Positions 49,884-61,868 of a DNA stretch of 64,000 nt are shown piece by piece. Position 1 is the first letter of the stretch. Each line of letters begins with the position of its first letter. The position numbers were made by a program, and so were the translations under genes. Source of the stretch: Isurus oxyrinchus (Eukaryota); NCBI GenBank assembly GCA_026770705.1, contig JANJGN010000007.1, forward strand, positions 109,244,001-109,308,000, given 5' to 3'. The notes under the pieces were generated by a model, which saw only the letters and a program-made list of their open reading frames with translations, searched no databases and had not been told where the DNA came from.

Positions 49884-51787
49884 TAGAAGAGGTTGCCGGG
49901 ATTGGTTCGGTGTGGGCTGGAAAACAGGGTCGTTCTCTTGGCTTATGCCGATGATATGCTCCTCATGTTCACTGACCCAGCTGACCTGCGGAGGGTGCAT
50001 GAGTGCCAGGAGACCTGGACTGCCACGTTCTCTGCCACAATCAACTGGGACAAATGTTCTGCATTCCTGGTAGGTCAGTGGCAGGTGGACCTCTTCCCAA
50101 GGACATCAGGCCTTTCACCTGGAGCAAGAGCAGCCTCATCCTGGAATCCTGGCCAGCGAACTAGCAGGAGCTGGAGACCAAAGTCACCACTTTCTTGCAG
50201 CGCTGGACAGGTCTGCTCCAAGGACTGTCTTACTGAGGTGGAGTTCTGGTTATAAACAAGCTGATTGCTGCTGTGTTGTGGTACCGTCTGGTCCCTTTGT
50301 CCCCACCCCCAGACTTTGTCATGGAAATCTAGAGAATGCTTGTCGACTTCTTCAGGGATAAAAGGCTGCACTGGGTCGCTACTAAAGTGCTGAGTCTAAA
50401 GTGCTTAGGGAGGGTGGTCAGGCACTGATGTGCCTGTGTGCCCAGATGGCGACCTTCCACTTTCTGGCCCTCCAGAAGTACCTTTATATCGATCCCTCTT
50501 TGAGGCGGTGCACGCCTGAATTATGACATGCAGCTCCTGTTTGCAGACCTGAGGGGCCTTTCTGGCTCCCTGCAAGCATTGGCCTTCTTTAACCAGGACC
50601 TGATCAAAACCTGGAATATAGTCGCCTCACGACGCATCTCTCTGCCATCAGGAGTAATGGCTATCATCAGAGAGCCTCTGCTCAGGAATTCAACCTTTGA
50701 CTTTTTCAGTGACTGGTGGAAAGGAGGACTGTGGCTGCCAGGGTGACCAGGATTAGGGATATGCTGGGTGGTGGAGGTGTTGGCTGGATGCTTCCAAAGG
50801 AGTTGGTGCCTTTCCCATCTGTGGGCGTCCAACTCCCGTCCAATGCCATTCATGAACTAAGGGTGGTCGTGTTCGGCCTCAATGCCATCCTGGGTCTCGA
50901 GGTGGCGTGGGTGTGTGGTGGTCTTCTGTCTGAGCACACCCCTGTTCGGATGAAATTCCACATTGGACCCAAGCCCTGAATTCGCCCTCGGGAGCTGATG
51001 CCCCGCAACCTGAGTCGCCTCTGTGCCCTTTAGTATGATGCTGAGGGGTTTCCTTTATGAGGTGCTGCTACACCCCCGTCACTCACTTGCCGTCACCTAC
51101 CACCCAGGCACGGCTTGCCATGCCTTGTTGCCACCCAACAGCAGTATTCCATAGTGGGGGGTCCTCTACGAGGGTCACCTCTCACTTTCCATCGGAGTGG
51201 AGGGTGTTGCATGCAACAGTTCCATGCAACAGTAGGTTGGGCCGATTCATGGTCTCCCAAGATACCTGCATTTTTTGGGCCTTGTGTAGTCCGTGGACCA
51301 TGTAAATATAAAGTGCTGTAGGATGCACTCCATTTTCAGTTCCCTGAAAAACGTTTTACTGATGTTTTGTTTGCTCTTCAGTCCCACGCTCCTGACCTAT
51401 GGGCACCCAGTGTGGGAGGGAGGATGACCTCCTCATGAAACTGCTCCTGTGCCTGACCAAGATGGTGATTAACAGGTCTAGGTCACGGGCGATCGAGGAG
51501 GTTGTCTGACCCGACTGTCTGCCCATCTTCTACGTCTATGTCCACAGCTGGGTGTCCCAGGAGAGGAGGCATGCAGTGCCGGCCGGCACTGTCGAGGCCT
51601 CCTATGCCCAGTGGGCACTGTGGGGACCGCAGTGCTTTATCAACCCTGTTAATGGCAATAAGATTTAATGATGTTACGTTTCCACTAAACTTTTGCCTTT
51701 TATTTTTACATTTTCCTTAATTTAAGCGACTGTGTTTATTTTGTCCTTAATTTTGTTAATTTAGTTTATTTGGTTAACTCAAAAGAG
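49884..51787 (+). mobile_element. 5'-truncated Tx1-like (L1 group) LINE, copy 1
   Basis: VVLLAYADD, INWDK, WRVLH, C-terminal Cys/His remnants, T-rich 3' UTR ending caaaagag. Confidence 0.85.
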
Positions 51788-51796
51788 CTCATTCTC

Positions 51797-53782
51797 TGGA
51801 GGAAGTTGCCGTCATTCATTCTGCGCATGCTCAACATCGGGTTGGCCCTCTTGGCTTATGTCGATGACATGCTCCTCATGTTCAAAGACCCAGCTGACCT
51901 GCAAATGATGCACAAGTGCCAGGAGCCCTGTTCTGCCACGTCCTCTACGAGGATCAATCGGGGCAAATGTTCTGGCTCCTGGTTAGTCAGTGGCACTTGG
52001 AGCCCCTACCCGAGAAACTCGGACTTTCACATGGAGCAAGACCACCCACGTGCACTTTGGGGTCCACCACTGCCCTGCTGAGGAATACTGGCCAGTGAAC
52101 TGGCAGGAGCTGGAGAGCAAATGCGGCACTCACCTACAGCACTGTACAGGACTGTCCCGAGTGCTGTTCTTACTGGGGTCGTGTTCTGGTCATAAACCAG
52201 GTGATTGCCACTATGCTGTGTTAGCGTCTGGTCACTTTGACCCCTCCCCTGGACTTTGTCACAAAAATACAGAAAATGCCCTTGACTTCTGGGACAAAAG
52301 GCTGCTCTGGTCTGCTGCTGAGATTTGGAGTCCCCCGCTTAGAGAGGGTGGATAGGCACTGGTGACCCTGCACACTCACATGGCGATTTCCTGCCTTCAG
52401 GCCCTGCAGTGATCCCTTTCCTTCCAGCCCCCTCCGAGATGGTGTGCCCTGGCTAATGTATTTCCTCCTCCAGGTGCATGGAGGAAGAAATGTGCAGCTC
52501 CTGTTTATACAACCGAGTGGCCTTCATGGCTCATTGTAGGCGTTGCCTGTCAATTACCAGAACCTCATTAAAGTCAGGAACATTGTCGCATCATGACACA
52601 GCTCTCCACCCTCAGGGCAAGCAGCTTTTGTCAGAGAGCCGCTCTTCAGGAATCCGTCCGTTTGTCCATTTCATGGCTGGCAGAGAGCAGGGCTTTGACT
52701 GTCGTGGTCACCTAGATCAGGGATGTGCTGTGTGGTGGAGAAGTGAGCTGGATGCTACTGCAGGAATTGGCGCATTTTGTGTTCGTCGACGTCTGGCTCA
52801 TGGTCAATTGCATCCATGACCTTCAGTCAGTCATGCATCCCGGACAATGTTCCTTGGTCCTGAGGTCGTGCAGCTGCATTGTGGTCTTCCGTCTGAGCGT
52901 ACCCCTGTTTGGATGGAATTCCACATGGGCCCCAAGCCCCCAGCCCTCTTTTGGGAGCTAGTGCCCTGCAACCTGTGTTGATTCATGGAAATTCCCTCCA
53001 CAATCTTTTGCAGAGTGTGGACGGGAATCATGTTATGGGCTGCTGCTGCACAGACTTCATTGCCATTCCCTGGCCCGGCACCTGGACGCGCCCTGGCATG
53101 CCTTGTTGCTGTCATGTGACAAAAATCCCCAGTGGGGTGTGCTCTAATGGGGGTGTCCTCCCAGTTTCCATCGGGGGCCTGGGGTGGAGGTTGTTGCACG
53201 CAGCAATCCCATGCAACTGTAGGTAGTGTCGGTTCAAGGACTCCCAAGATACCTGGATCATTTTCGGCCTTGTGGAATCCATGGACCATGATTATATGGG
53301 GTGTTGTAGGCTGCACTCCCTTTTCAGTTTCCTGAAAAACACTTTATTGAAGTTTTCTTTGCACTTCAGCCCCACGTTCCTGATCTGTGGGCATCCGGTG
53401 CGTAGGCAGGCCGGGATGGAGGAGGACATCCTCATGTATCTGCTGTGGGCCTAATGAAGTTGGCCATTAACATGGTCCAGGCAACCAGCGCTCAAGGGGG
53501 TCATCCGACCCAGCTACCTGCCCCTCTTCCGTGGCTCTGTACCTGGCTGGTTATCCTGGAGAGGCAAAACGCAGAGTCTGCCAGCACTGTCATGGCCTTC
53601 CATGTTCAGTGGGCACCGAAGGAACCGAAGTGTTTTATCGACCCTTAATCACATTTTTATTTAATGTTTGTAAGTTTCCTTTAAATTTTTCCCTTTGTTT
53701 TTACAGTCTTCCTAACTTAGGGGCTGTGTTTATTATGTCCCTGATTATGTTAATTAAGTTTAATAGGATGAATTCAAAAGAG
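51797..53782 (+). mobile_element. 5'-truncated Tx1-like LINE, copy 2 (diverged, tandem)
   Basis: LLAYVDD, GWRLLH, ESMDHDYMGCCRL; ends caaaagag. Confidence 0.85.
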
Positions 53783-54449
53783 TTAATTCTCCCTGATTGG
53801 TCTCAGATGCATCTCATTGCTTCTGGAGGTGGTAGTTGGGTTTGTTGCTTTCTCTGGTTCTGGCTGAAGTTTTACTGCTGATCTTAGATTTCCTTCTGTT
53901 TGTTCCTACTGCTATTTTCATGTGGCTGTCACTGACTGCATAGGGATTTCCTTGTGGCTGTTCCTATTGATTTTTAAAAATCTAGCTGTATTCCTCCTGT
54001 TGTCCTGCAAGGCCTGAAACCTGAATAATTGGAGGAGAGAGAGAGAGCGAGAAGATTATGCAAGGCAGGGATGCCGGTAGGCAAGGACTTTTTCATTACA
54101 TCTGGGTTGGATGTCTAGGCTTCCATTTGTCGGGTCTGTGAATCTCGTGGTGCTCTGCAAGGGGAGGAAGAAGACTATTGAAGGTACTCGGGGAGAAGGA
54201 GACATGTATGTGTCCATTTAAGATTTTGCACCACCCCCTCACCATTCCCACCCCAGCCGTGTCCAAGTCCAGGTAGCAAGTGTAGACTGTTGAATAGGGA
54301 TGGACGTGACTTCCATGGGCCACGCAGTACCAGTTGCATAGTGAACACGTCGCCTTCCCCCTACGGGAAGAACAGCTAAGCCCCCACCACCCCTCTCCAC
54401 TCCACTCAGCGACACCCACCTTCTGTGCGCCCATTACGCTTTCCCCTTC

Positions 54450-56565
54450 CTGCCTCTCTGTCTTTCTCCCCTCTCTCTCTCTCCTCCCCTTCTGTCTTTA
54501 TACACCATCAGGATGGAGATGGTAATCCTTTTATCCTCATCTCCCCCTTTATAAAAGGGATTGCTCGGGGTAGCTGTAGATCATCCCCCAACGGCTGCGA
54601 AGAGGTCACCGGTGGCCGTGAACCAGGGCAGCTGTGTAGACAGCGTTAGTAACAGTGGTGGGGTCTGCCAAGAAGACCTATGCAGGACTAGCTACAGCCT
54701 TGGCCTCCACTGCCCCAGCGGGTCCATAACTACTGTTCCTCCTGACCAGGGCCATGGGGGTAAAGGGTTACATACACCCCGAGATGACTGTAGAAATGTG
54801 CGTGAATGCTTTGGCCAGGGTTGTCGACCCCTCGGCGATTGTTGTACCCTCACACGTGTATGGGAAGGTGGTGTACTTCCTGAGGTCTGAGCGAACGGCA
54901 CACCTGGCCGTGGCCAATGGGCCAAACATAGGTGGGACCTCTCTGGCAGTGGATCCTCTTGAGGGCAGGCTGGTCATATATTTGGTTCCCGTTGAGCTCC
55001 TGCTCCCCCAACTTCACCAACTTGGGGAGGTCAGGTCCGGGGTAGTGTTAGTTCTGCTCGAGCTCAGGGAGCAGTCTCCACCACGTGTACTCCTTCCGCT
55101 GACAAGTCTTTTTTCACCTGGCCCGGGAGGAGTGCACAGAGGGGTGGTTTGATCTCAAATTTGAAGGGACTGCCTACAATGTCTTCTGGTCAGCACACAG
55201 TTTACGGTGCCATCCCTGAAAGGCGGTGGGGCATGCCCGTAAGGACAGCACCATCATTAAGGCCACCAGCATCACGCAGGCAGCCGCAGTTCTCACCCTG
55301 GCTCCCCCCTCCTACCGCAGCAGCGCCCCCCCAACAAAGCCATTTTGCCCCACGCAATGGGAGATGCTACTGGCGGCCACTGCCTTCTCGGCTGCTGGCA
55401 AGGCAGGAGGAGAGCCCTCGTGCCACAAGAAAGCACATTTGAAGAGCCGCCACATGGGAGAGCCCCCTGACTCCTCTGACCCCCCAAAAACCACCTTGAA
55501 CCAAGAACCACTAATGAAACTGGCTTGGAGGACAAGAAATCATCCGGCCCCGGCATTGTGTGCATGCGTGCTCCCGGTCTTCTGTGCGCTGCAGAGCCAT
55601 CTGCTGGGCCTGGCGTCATCCATGCATGGGTTCCCAGGTCAGGCAGGAATGGGGTGAGTGCCCCAAGGAGGTGGTCTTGATAAAGAGTGTGGACTTCCCA
55701 ACTCCGGAGCAGGAAGCATCTGGGAGGGCCTGATGAGGCGACAAGGGGCTTGCAGTTGGAGTTCTCCCAAGCCCCTAGCATACCCAGGAAGCGACATCAC
55801 CCTTCAGAGGGGGAGGACTTTCTGACTCGTGAAATTGAATGTGTTGCCTCCGCCGGTTAAGAGGTAGTTACGTCTCCGCCCCAGAAGTCCTTGCTTTGCC
55901 CTCTGGGGTGAGCCCAAACCCCTGTTCTGTTGCTGCAGTCCACTGAAGGCCCCTCGTGGTGTGCTAAGGGTACCGCCCCAGCAGTGGTGCCACACCCCAA
56001 CCCACCCTGTGCCCGCGAAAAGCCATTTGGGCTGCCAGGTGATGAAGAGGGCCTCCCTGCTCAGTCTTAGCCTCTGAGGCTGGGCACTACTGTTCTGGGC
56101 CAGTAACTTGTTCCAGATTCACTTGGCGACCTGGTGCCCGAGGCGCATTGGGTCTTTGAATTGATGCTGCCCTCAGACCCGGAAACCCGAGAGGAGACCA
56201 GAGAGGGCCTCTCTGGCCTTGATGCTGGGGGTGTGATAGAGGCATGGGTAGGGCCAGCTGCCGGCTCCGAATCAGCCCCCACACTCCATTCGGGGGGTGG
56301 GCCAGAAACCCGAGGTGACAACCTAGAAAAGGATGGCGTGTCGATGGCGAGCACCACCGACGATCTTGAGTGCTTGGAGTCAAGTGAGGTGATGGGGGCT
56401 TTGCTGCTCGCTTTTGACGCCCCCGTCTGGGGAGCTTGGGGATTTTTTCTGATTAATCATGGTCGACGCGAAAGGATCCAGGGCCTTGGGCCGGTAGTCT
56501 TCATATCTACTGTTGTTCTTGTCCACCCGCGAGGCACTAAATGCCCCCTAGTTGGACTGGAATCC
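54450..56565 (+). mobile_element. Tx1-like LINE 5' part (ORF1 remnant)
   Basis: GVKGYIHPEMTVEMCVNALARVVDPSAIV..YGKVVYFL..VDPLE and a decayed zinc knuckle (CH..GHARKD). Confidence 0.75.
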
Positions 56566-58714
56566 TGAGGTCCCCAGTAGGAGTGACTTCCTGGACCCAA
56601 GTCTTCATGGCAGCCACCATCCTGCCAGCATTGACACCGGTGCATTGCAATGCTGGCCTATCACTTCAGCCTGAAGACTGAGTGACTCCTCCATCATGCC
56701 TTGCAATCTGAGAAGAGCAGCAGACATCGCTTCCTGTTGTTCCCTAGCTTCCCTTTGCAGATCCAGGAACTGTGACATAACCGAGTCCAGTGACTTGTCA
56801 CCTGGCCCGTTCTGGCCTCAAGCAATCCTCCAAGTGCGGAAGATCTGGGAAGTCCCTGCATCCACCGGCTGTGGATCAGTAATGGTGATGTGCTCACCAG
56901 ATTGTGACATGGAGGCGATTCTAAAGCTAGATGCCACCGAGCTGTGTCTGTGCGCTGCTGGAGGGTGTAGGTGAGCACTGTGATGGGTCTTCAGCTGCTT
57001 CCTAGATGTGCCTGCGGAATCAAGGGGAAATAATTAGTGCATGGAAGTGGCCTGTGAAAGAGGAAAGATTAAGAATAGCATGGGTGTCTGATGAATGTTG
57101 CACTGCTGTATCCTCACTTAGTAGAGCAGTGTCGACCTCACCGTCAGCACAGGATCAGTCACAGGCATCACCGGCCAGCTGGATGGCTCTGTTTTCACAT
57201 TCTGTGAGAAATTTGAATTCCAGCATCCCCCCACCTGCCTGCGACTTTCCCCTCCTGTTGTGAGTCAGTTTGTCCTACATAAAGAGATATGAGTACAGTA
57301 TATCAAGACTACTACCGGGTAAGATTGTAAGTATGCCTGGCCTGTGTGGTCGGTGACGGGCCCCATGGACAGGATGAGGAAAATGGTGGCGTGTATGAAA
57401 GAGTGAATGGTGATGCCCTTTGCACTGGTAGTAAGTGAGGGCCTGTGTGTGTGTGATGGGCTTGTGAGTGAGAGAGTTGGGAGGGCTGAAAAAAGTGAAT
57501 TACCCTCGTGAAACGGAGGAGATCATTGATCCTTTTGTAGCACTGGATGACTGTCCTCCTCTGCAGGGCGTTCACGCTCACCACTGCTGCCACCACCTCC
57601 GAAACCAGATTGGTGACTTTGCTACCATCTTGCGGCCAGAGCGGGGGCAGAGCACATCCTGGGAGGCTTTCACGGCAACGAGCAGTCACTTGAGGGACCC
57701 GTCGTTGAAGTGGAAGGCCTGCACCCTTTTTTCCAGTTGCTGGCCATGTCTGACAGGCAGTGGAGGTGAGCTGGTGGCGATGAGAACTTTGCTGGCGCCT
57801 GCCTTTCAAAGATGGCGGCTGGGCTGATGACGAGCGGGCGCGTGAGAGCTCGCCTGCGACCTAAATAACCGTGTCTCGCTGGAGCAAATATATAATGAGG
57901 AAAATACGGTGTGAAATCCCGCCACTTTCATCAACGAGTAGGACTTCATTTAACCGGCCCGCTTCCGCATAAGTGCAATTCTGGGAAAATGCAGCCCAAT
58001 GTATCTCACTGAGTGGCAAATGAAATAGTGTGATGGGGACCCATGCAGGAAAGGAAATTTTCAATCTCAATCACGTATTTGTGCTTTATTATTTATCATC
58101 AACTATAACATATCTCAGCATTTCCAGGCTCCAGAGTGGTTACGAAAACAGATCGGGTCCATCTGTCGATTTCTATAGGCTGAGCCCATTTTACAAATTG
58201 CGTGGCTATGCACATCAACTGTGATGGCACTCAGGGAGCAATAGATTTACTGCTGAAAATTCCACCACGAGGATGAGGTAACAGATGCTGTGGCATCAGA
58301 TAGAATGGAAAATAGTGATTAAAACAATCGTGCTTAAAGTAGGTTTTCATCAAGTATCTTTCAGAATTGAAACTGGCTTTCCTTTGTGCATAAATTATAG
58401 GTTGATAAATTATTCATTGACTTTTCGTACCAGGTCAACATCCCAAAATAACAAGTAGGAAAAGCATCTGAGGGACTATTTAATGCAGCCAATAAACTGG
58501 TGTGAGTTCTTGTGCTGTACTTTGTCATTTACACATTTTTAAAACAAAGATGTTAGTTATATTTTATTATATTTTAGCTCAATTACCGTAACAGTATCAG
58601 ACAAAAGAACATATTTGGAACAGAGTCCTTCAATAACAAATCATATTTGGTGCAGGATAACAGTATAAATAACTTACTACTGTCAATCACTGGAATATGA
58701 AATTAATCAAATAG

Positions 58715-59050
58715 AATCATAGAAAATTTACAGTAGGGCAGTTGGCCCGTTTTCTCTGTGTCAGTAGATGAACAGCTACCTAGCGTAGTCTCGTCTTCCT
58801 GCACTTGTTCTGTAGTCCTGCAGGTCATAGCTCTTGAAGTAGACATGCAAATGCTTTTTAAATATGCTGAAGGTTTCTGCTTCTAACACTCTATCAGGCA
58901 GGGTGTTCCAGGTCCCTAACAACCTCCAAGTTATAAAATGATTCCTGACCTCTCTCCTAATCGTTCCACGAATTATTTTACATCCATGTTCCCTGGTTTT
59001 CGGTCCCTTTGCTAAGGTAAATAGGTTGTCCCTATTTACTCCAACTAGGT
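58715..59050 (-). mobile_element. CR1 3' fragment
   Basis: atagaatcatagaaa tail; similar to 1355-1640. Confidence 0.7.
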
Positions 59051-60350
59051 CTCATGTGATGTTAAATATTTCTTGGTTATCCCTCAACTGCTACCAGTTT
59101 TCGTTTAGTATGGTGTTGTAGTTTGATTTACATAGCAATATAAGCATTTGCATAATGTACATTTAGAACATGATCAAAAGTGTAATTTGGTGAGGTATTG
59201 ACGTAATATGATAACTAAAATTGGCTATAAACTGGATACTTGCAACTAGAAATAAATGATACAGAATTCTGGACAACAGATGTGAATGAGTATTAGAATT
59301 ATGTGCATAAGGTATGAATGGGAATTGGAATTAAATTCACCTTTTGTAAAAGGAAATTAAAATTTTACATCGTGTATACGATCAGGGCACTGAAATGTTA
59401 TGAGGTGCACAGTATAGGAAACAGCAGTTAAATAAGAAGCCAACAAAATGTAATATATTGGATGGACATGGACACTAAAATTCTGTCGTGTGGTAAACAT
59501 TGGAGATGTAAAATGGAGCGTTGATGCCACATCACGTATTTTAGACTAAAACACAAATTCTAAATTACCCAAATCAGGTGCAAATATGGCCCTGAAGAAT
59601 GAAGTTTTATATATTGACTGCCGACTCTTGAATCAAATTGCGTGTACTGGATATGAACGAGGCAATTTCTTCTATAAACTGTAAGTGAATAGACATATAA
59701 ATTCCAGAGCGTGGGTGGCTGGAGCACTGGAATAGATTTAAATATGCTTATCACACTTTTCAACATGCGGGACTCCTTCAGGAATTAATTCACTCACAAC
59801 CGTTCTCAGCGAAATATGAACACCCTTCTGAAGGCCCTGTCATAAGCAAAAGTGATCTGAGATTTCTTTTAAATTATCAATTCAGAAATATTAATAACGT
59901 TTTAGTGAGTTAACACGTGCAGCTGAATGCAGTAATGTTATGATCTTGAATCTTGATGGAATTCCCTTGTTGACTCACTTATGAAGAATACATTGATGGT
60001 GTTCCTTAAAGAGAACCTATGATTTTCATAAGATACTTTTCAGATTTGTTTTCCGGTTATCAGGCATACGTGGGGTCCCTGTCTTTATTATTATGTTTCT
60101 TGCACTTTGGTGCAGTTTCCTTAACTTTTTTCCACTCTGCTTGGATTCATCGATGGCATCTGAGTATTGTCTTCTTTTACTCCTTGTTCTTTGCATTTGT
60201 GATTTTGTGTTATAGGCTCAGAGCATCGAACCCATTGCCTCATTTGAATGCTTTTTTCGCGAGCTGTAAAAAAAAACAGTATGAAATATAAGGGATAGAA
60301 GATGCTGGAACACCTCAGACATGTCAGCAACTTTATTGCCTGGAGTGGCA

Positions 60351-61140
60351 TTTTGAACCTTGTTGACTAGGGAGTTTTGTGTTCCCCAAATTATTGAATG
60401 AATCCATTTCCTAAGAAGTTGCACATTTATGTAGCTCTTTTCATAACATCCCAAATCACTCCAAAAGCATACTTTGAAATGATGTCACCATTGTATCATA
60501 AGAAACAATGGATTTTCCTACAGCATTGCCCATGGACAGCAATGAGATAATGACCAGTTTATCTGTCTTAGCGATGTTAGTTGAGGCTGAAGTCTCTTTC
60601 CAGTTAACTATGGTACAACATGTGATAGCCGATTTGTTATAAAGCCATAAACAAGTGAATCAAGCCTTCAAATGAAGGGTAATTGACACAGAATATGAAT
60701 TTGAAATAGTGTTGCAGGAGAGATGCTGCAAAACCACAACAGCCTTAAAGCATATTGTGGGCCAGAAAATCTAGCTAATGTGTAAGTTAATCTACAAACC
60801 AGTTATCAACACTTTAGACTCGAAAACGGAAGAACATTTTTATTTCACATTCATACGTATGCTGATAAGTGGCAAGTAATGTTGATGCCACAGAAATACC
60901 TCGAGAGGGATTTTGAACCAGGGAGTTTTGTGTTTCTCAAATTATTGAATGAATCCAATTTCTAAAAAGTTACACAATTATGTAGTACTTTTAATAGCAT
61001 CCCAAAGCACTCCAAAAGTATATTTTGAAATGTAGTCACCATTGCATCATAAAAGCAATCAATTGTCCAACAGCATTGCTCATGGACAGCAATGAAATAT
61101 TGACCAATTTATCGGTTTTGGTGACGTCAGTTGAGGCTCC
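60351..61140. repeat. Direct duplication (~240 bp; 60351-60590 and 60911-61140) containing a DeuSINE-like fragment
   Basis: Both copies share agggagttttgtgtt..caaattattgaatgaatcca..catcccaaa.cactccaaaag..cagcaatga.at..tgacca...gttgaggct. Confidence 0.8.
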
Positions 61141-61149
61141 AGTCTCAAA

Positions 61150-61868
61150 TAATTGGAAATATAACCAAATCCCCTGACACCCAACAGCATTAACAGTTCT
61201 GAATGTCCTGCCATCAACATCCTGGGAGTAACCATTCACCAGAAATTGAAATGGACCAGCCATATAAATATTATGGCTATAAGAGCGGATCGGAAGCTGG
61301 GAAGGCTGTGGCAATTAACCCACCTTCTACCTCCTGACTCTCCAAAGCATGTTCCCCATCTACAAGGCACAAGGCATGAGTAAGATGGAATACTCTTCAC
61401 TTGCCTGGATGACTGCAGCTCTATCTTTGCTCAGAAACTCAGCATCATCCAGGTCAAAGAAACCAATTTAATTGATTCCATCCAGCACCTTAATATTCAC
61501 TCCCTCCAGCACCGATGTACACTAGCAGCATTGTGTACCATTTACAATATGTACTGCAGAAACTCGACAACATCTTCCAAACCCACAACTTCTATAACCT
61601 ATAAGGACAAGGGCAGCAGAGACATGAGAACACCACAACCTGTAGGTTCCCCTCCAAGCGAAAAACCATCTTAAGCTAAATTGGTGTTGCTTCATTGCCG
61701 TTGGGTCAAGAACCTGGAACTCATTTCCTATCAGCACAGTGGGTGTACCTACATCAGATGGACTGCCGTGGATCAAGAAGGCATCTCACCACCACCTCTC
61801 AAGGGCAACTGCAGGCAGACAACAAATGCTGGCCTTGCCAGTGATGCTCACATCCCATGAAAGAATAA
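61150..61868 (+). mobile_element. Second-family LINE 3' fragment
   Basis: ILGVTIHQKLKWTSHI; 3' end cacatcccatgaaagaataaaaa. Confidence 0.85.

Larger units (their letters stand above)
47190..57997. mobile_element. Second Harbinger (transposase + ~47290-48520; Myb/SANT - ~56570-57760) with ~7 kb of nested insertions
   Basis: GFQQVQYAIDCIHV, EQTIGVLK, CCAHYN; QCYKRINDL; right terminus ctgggaaaatgcagccc; left end uncertain. Confidence 0.82.
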
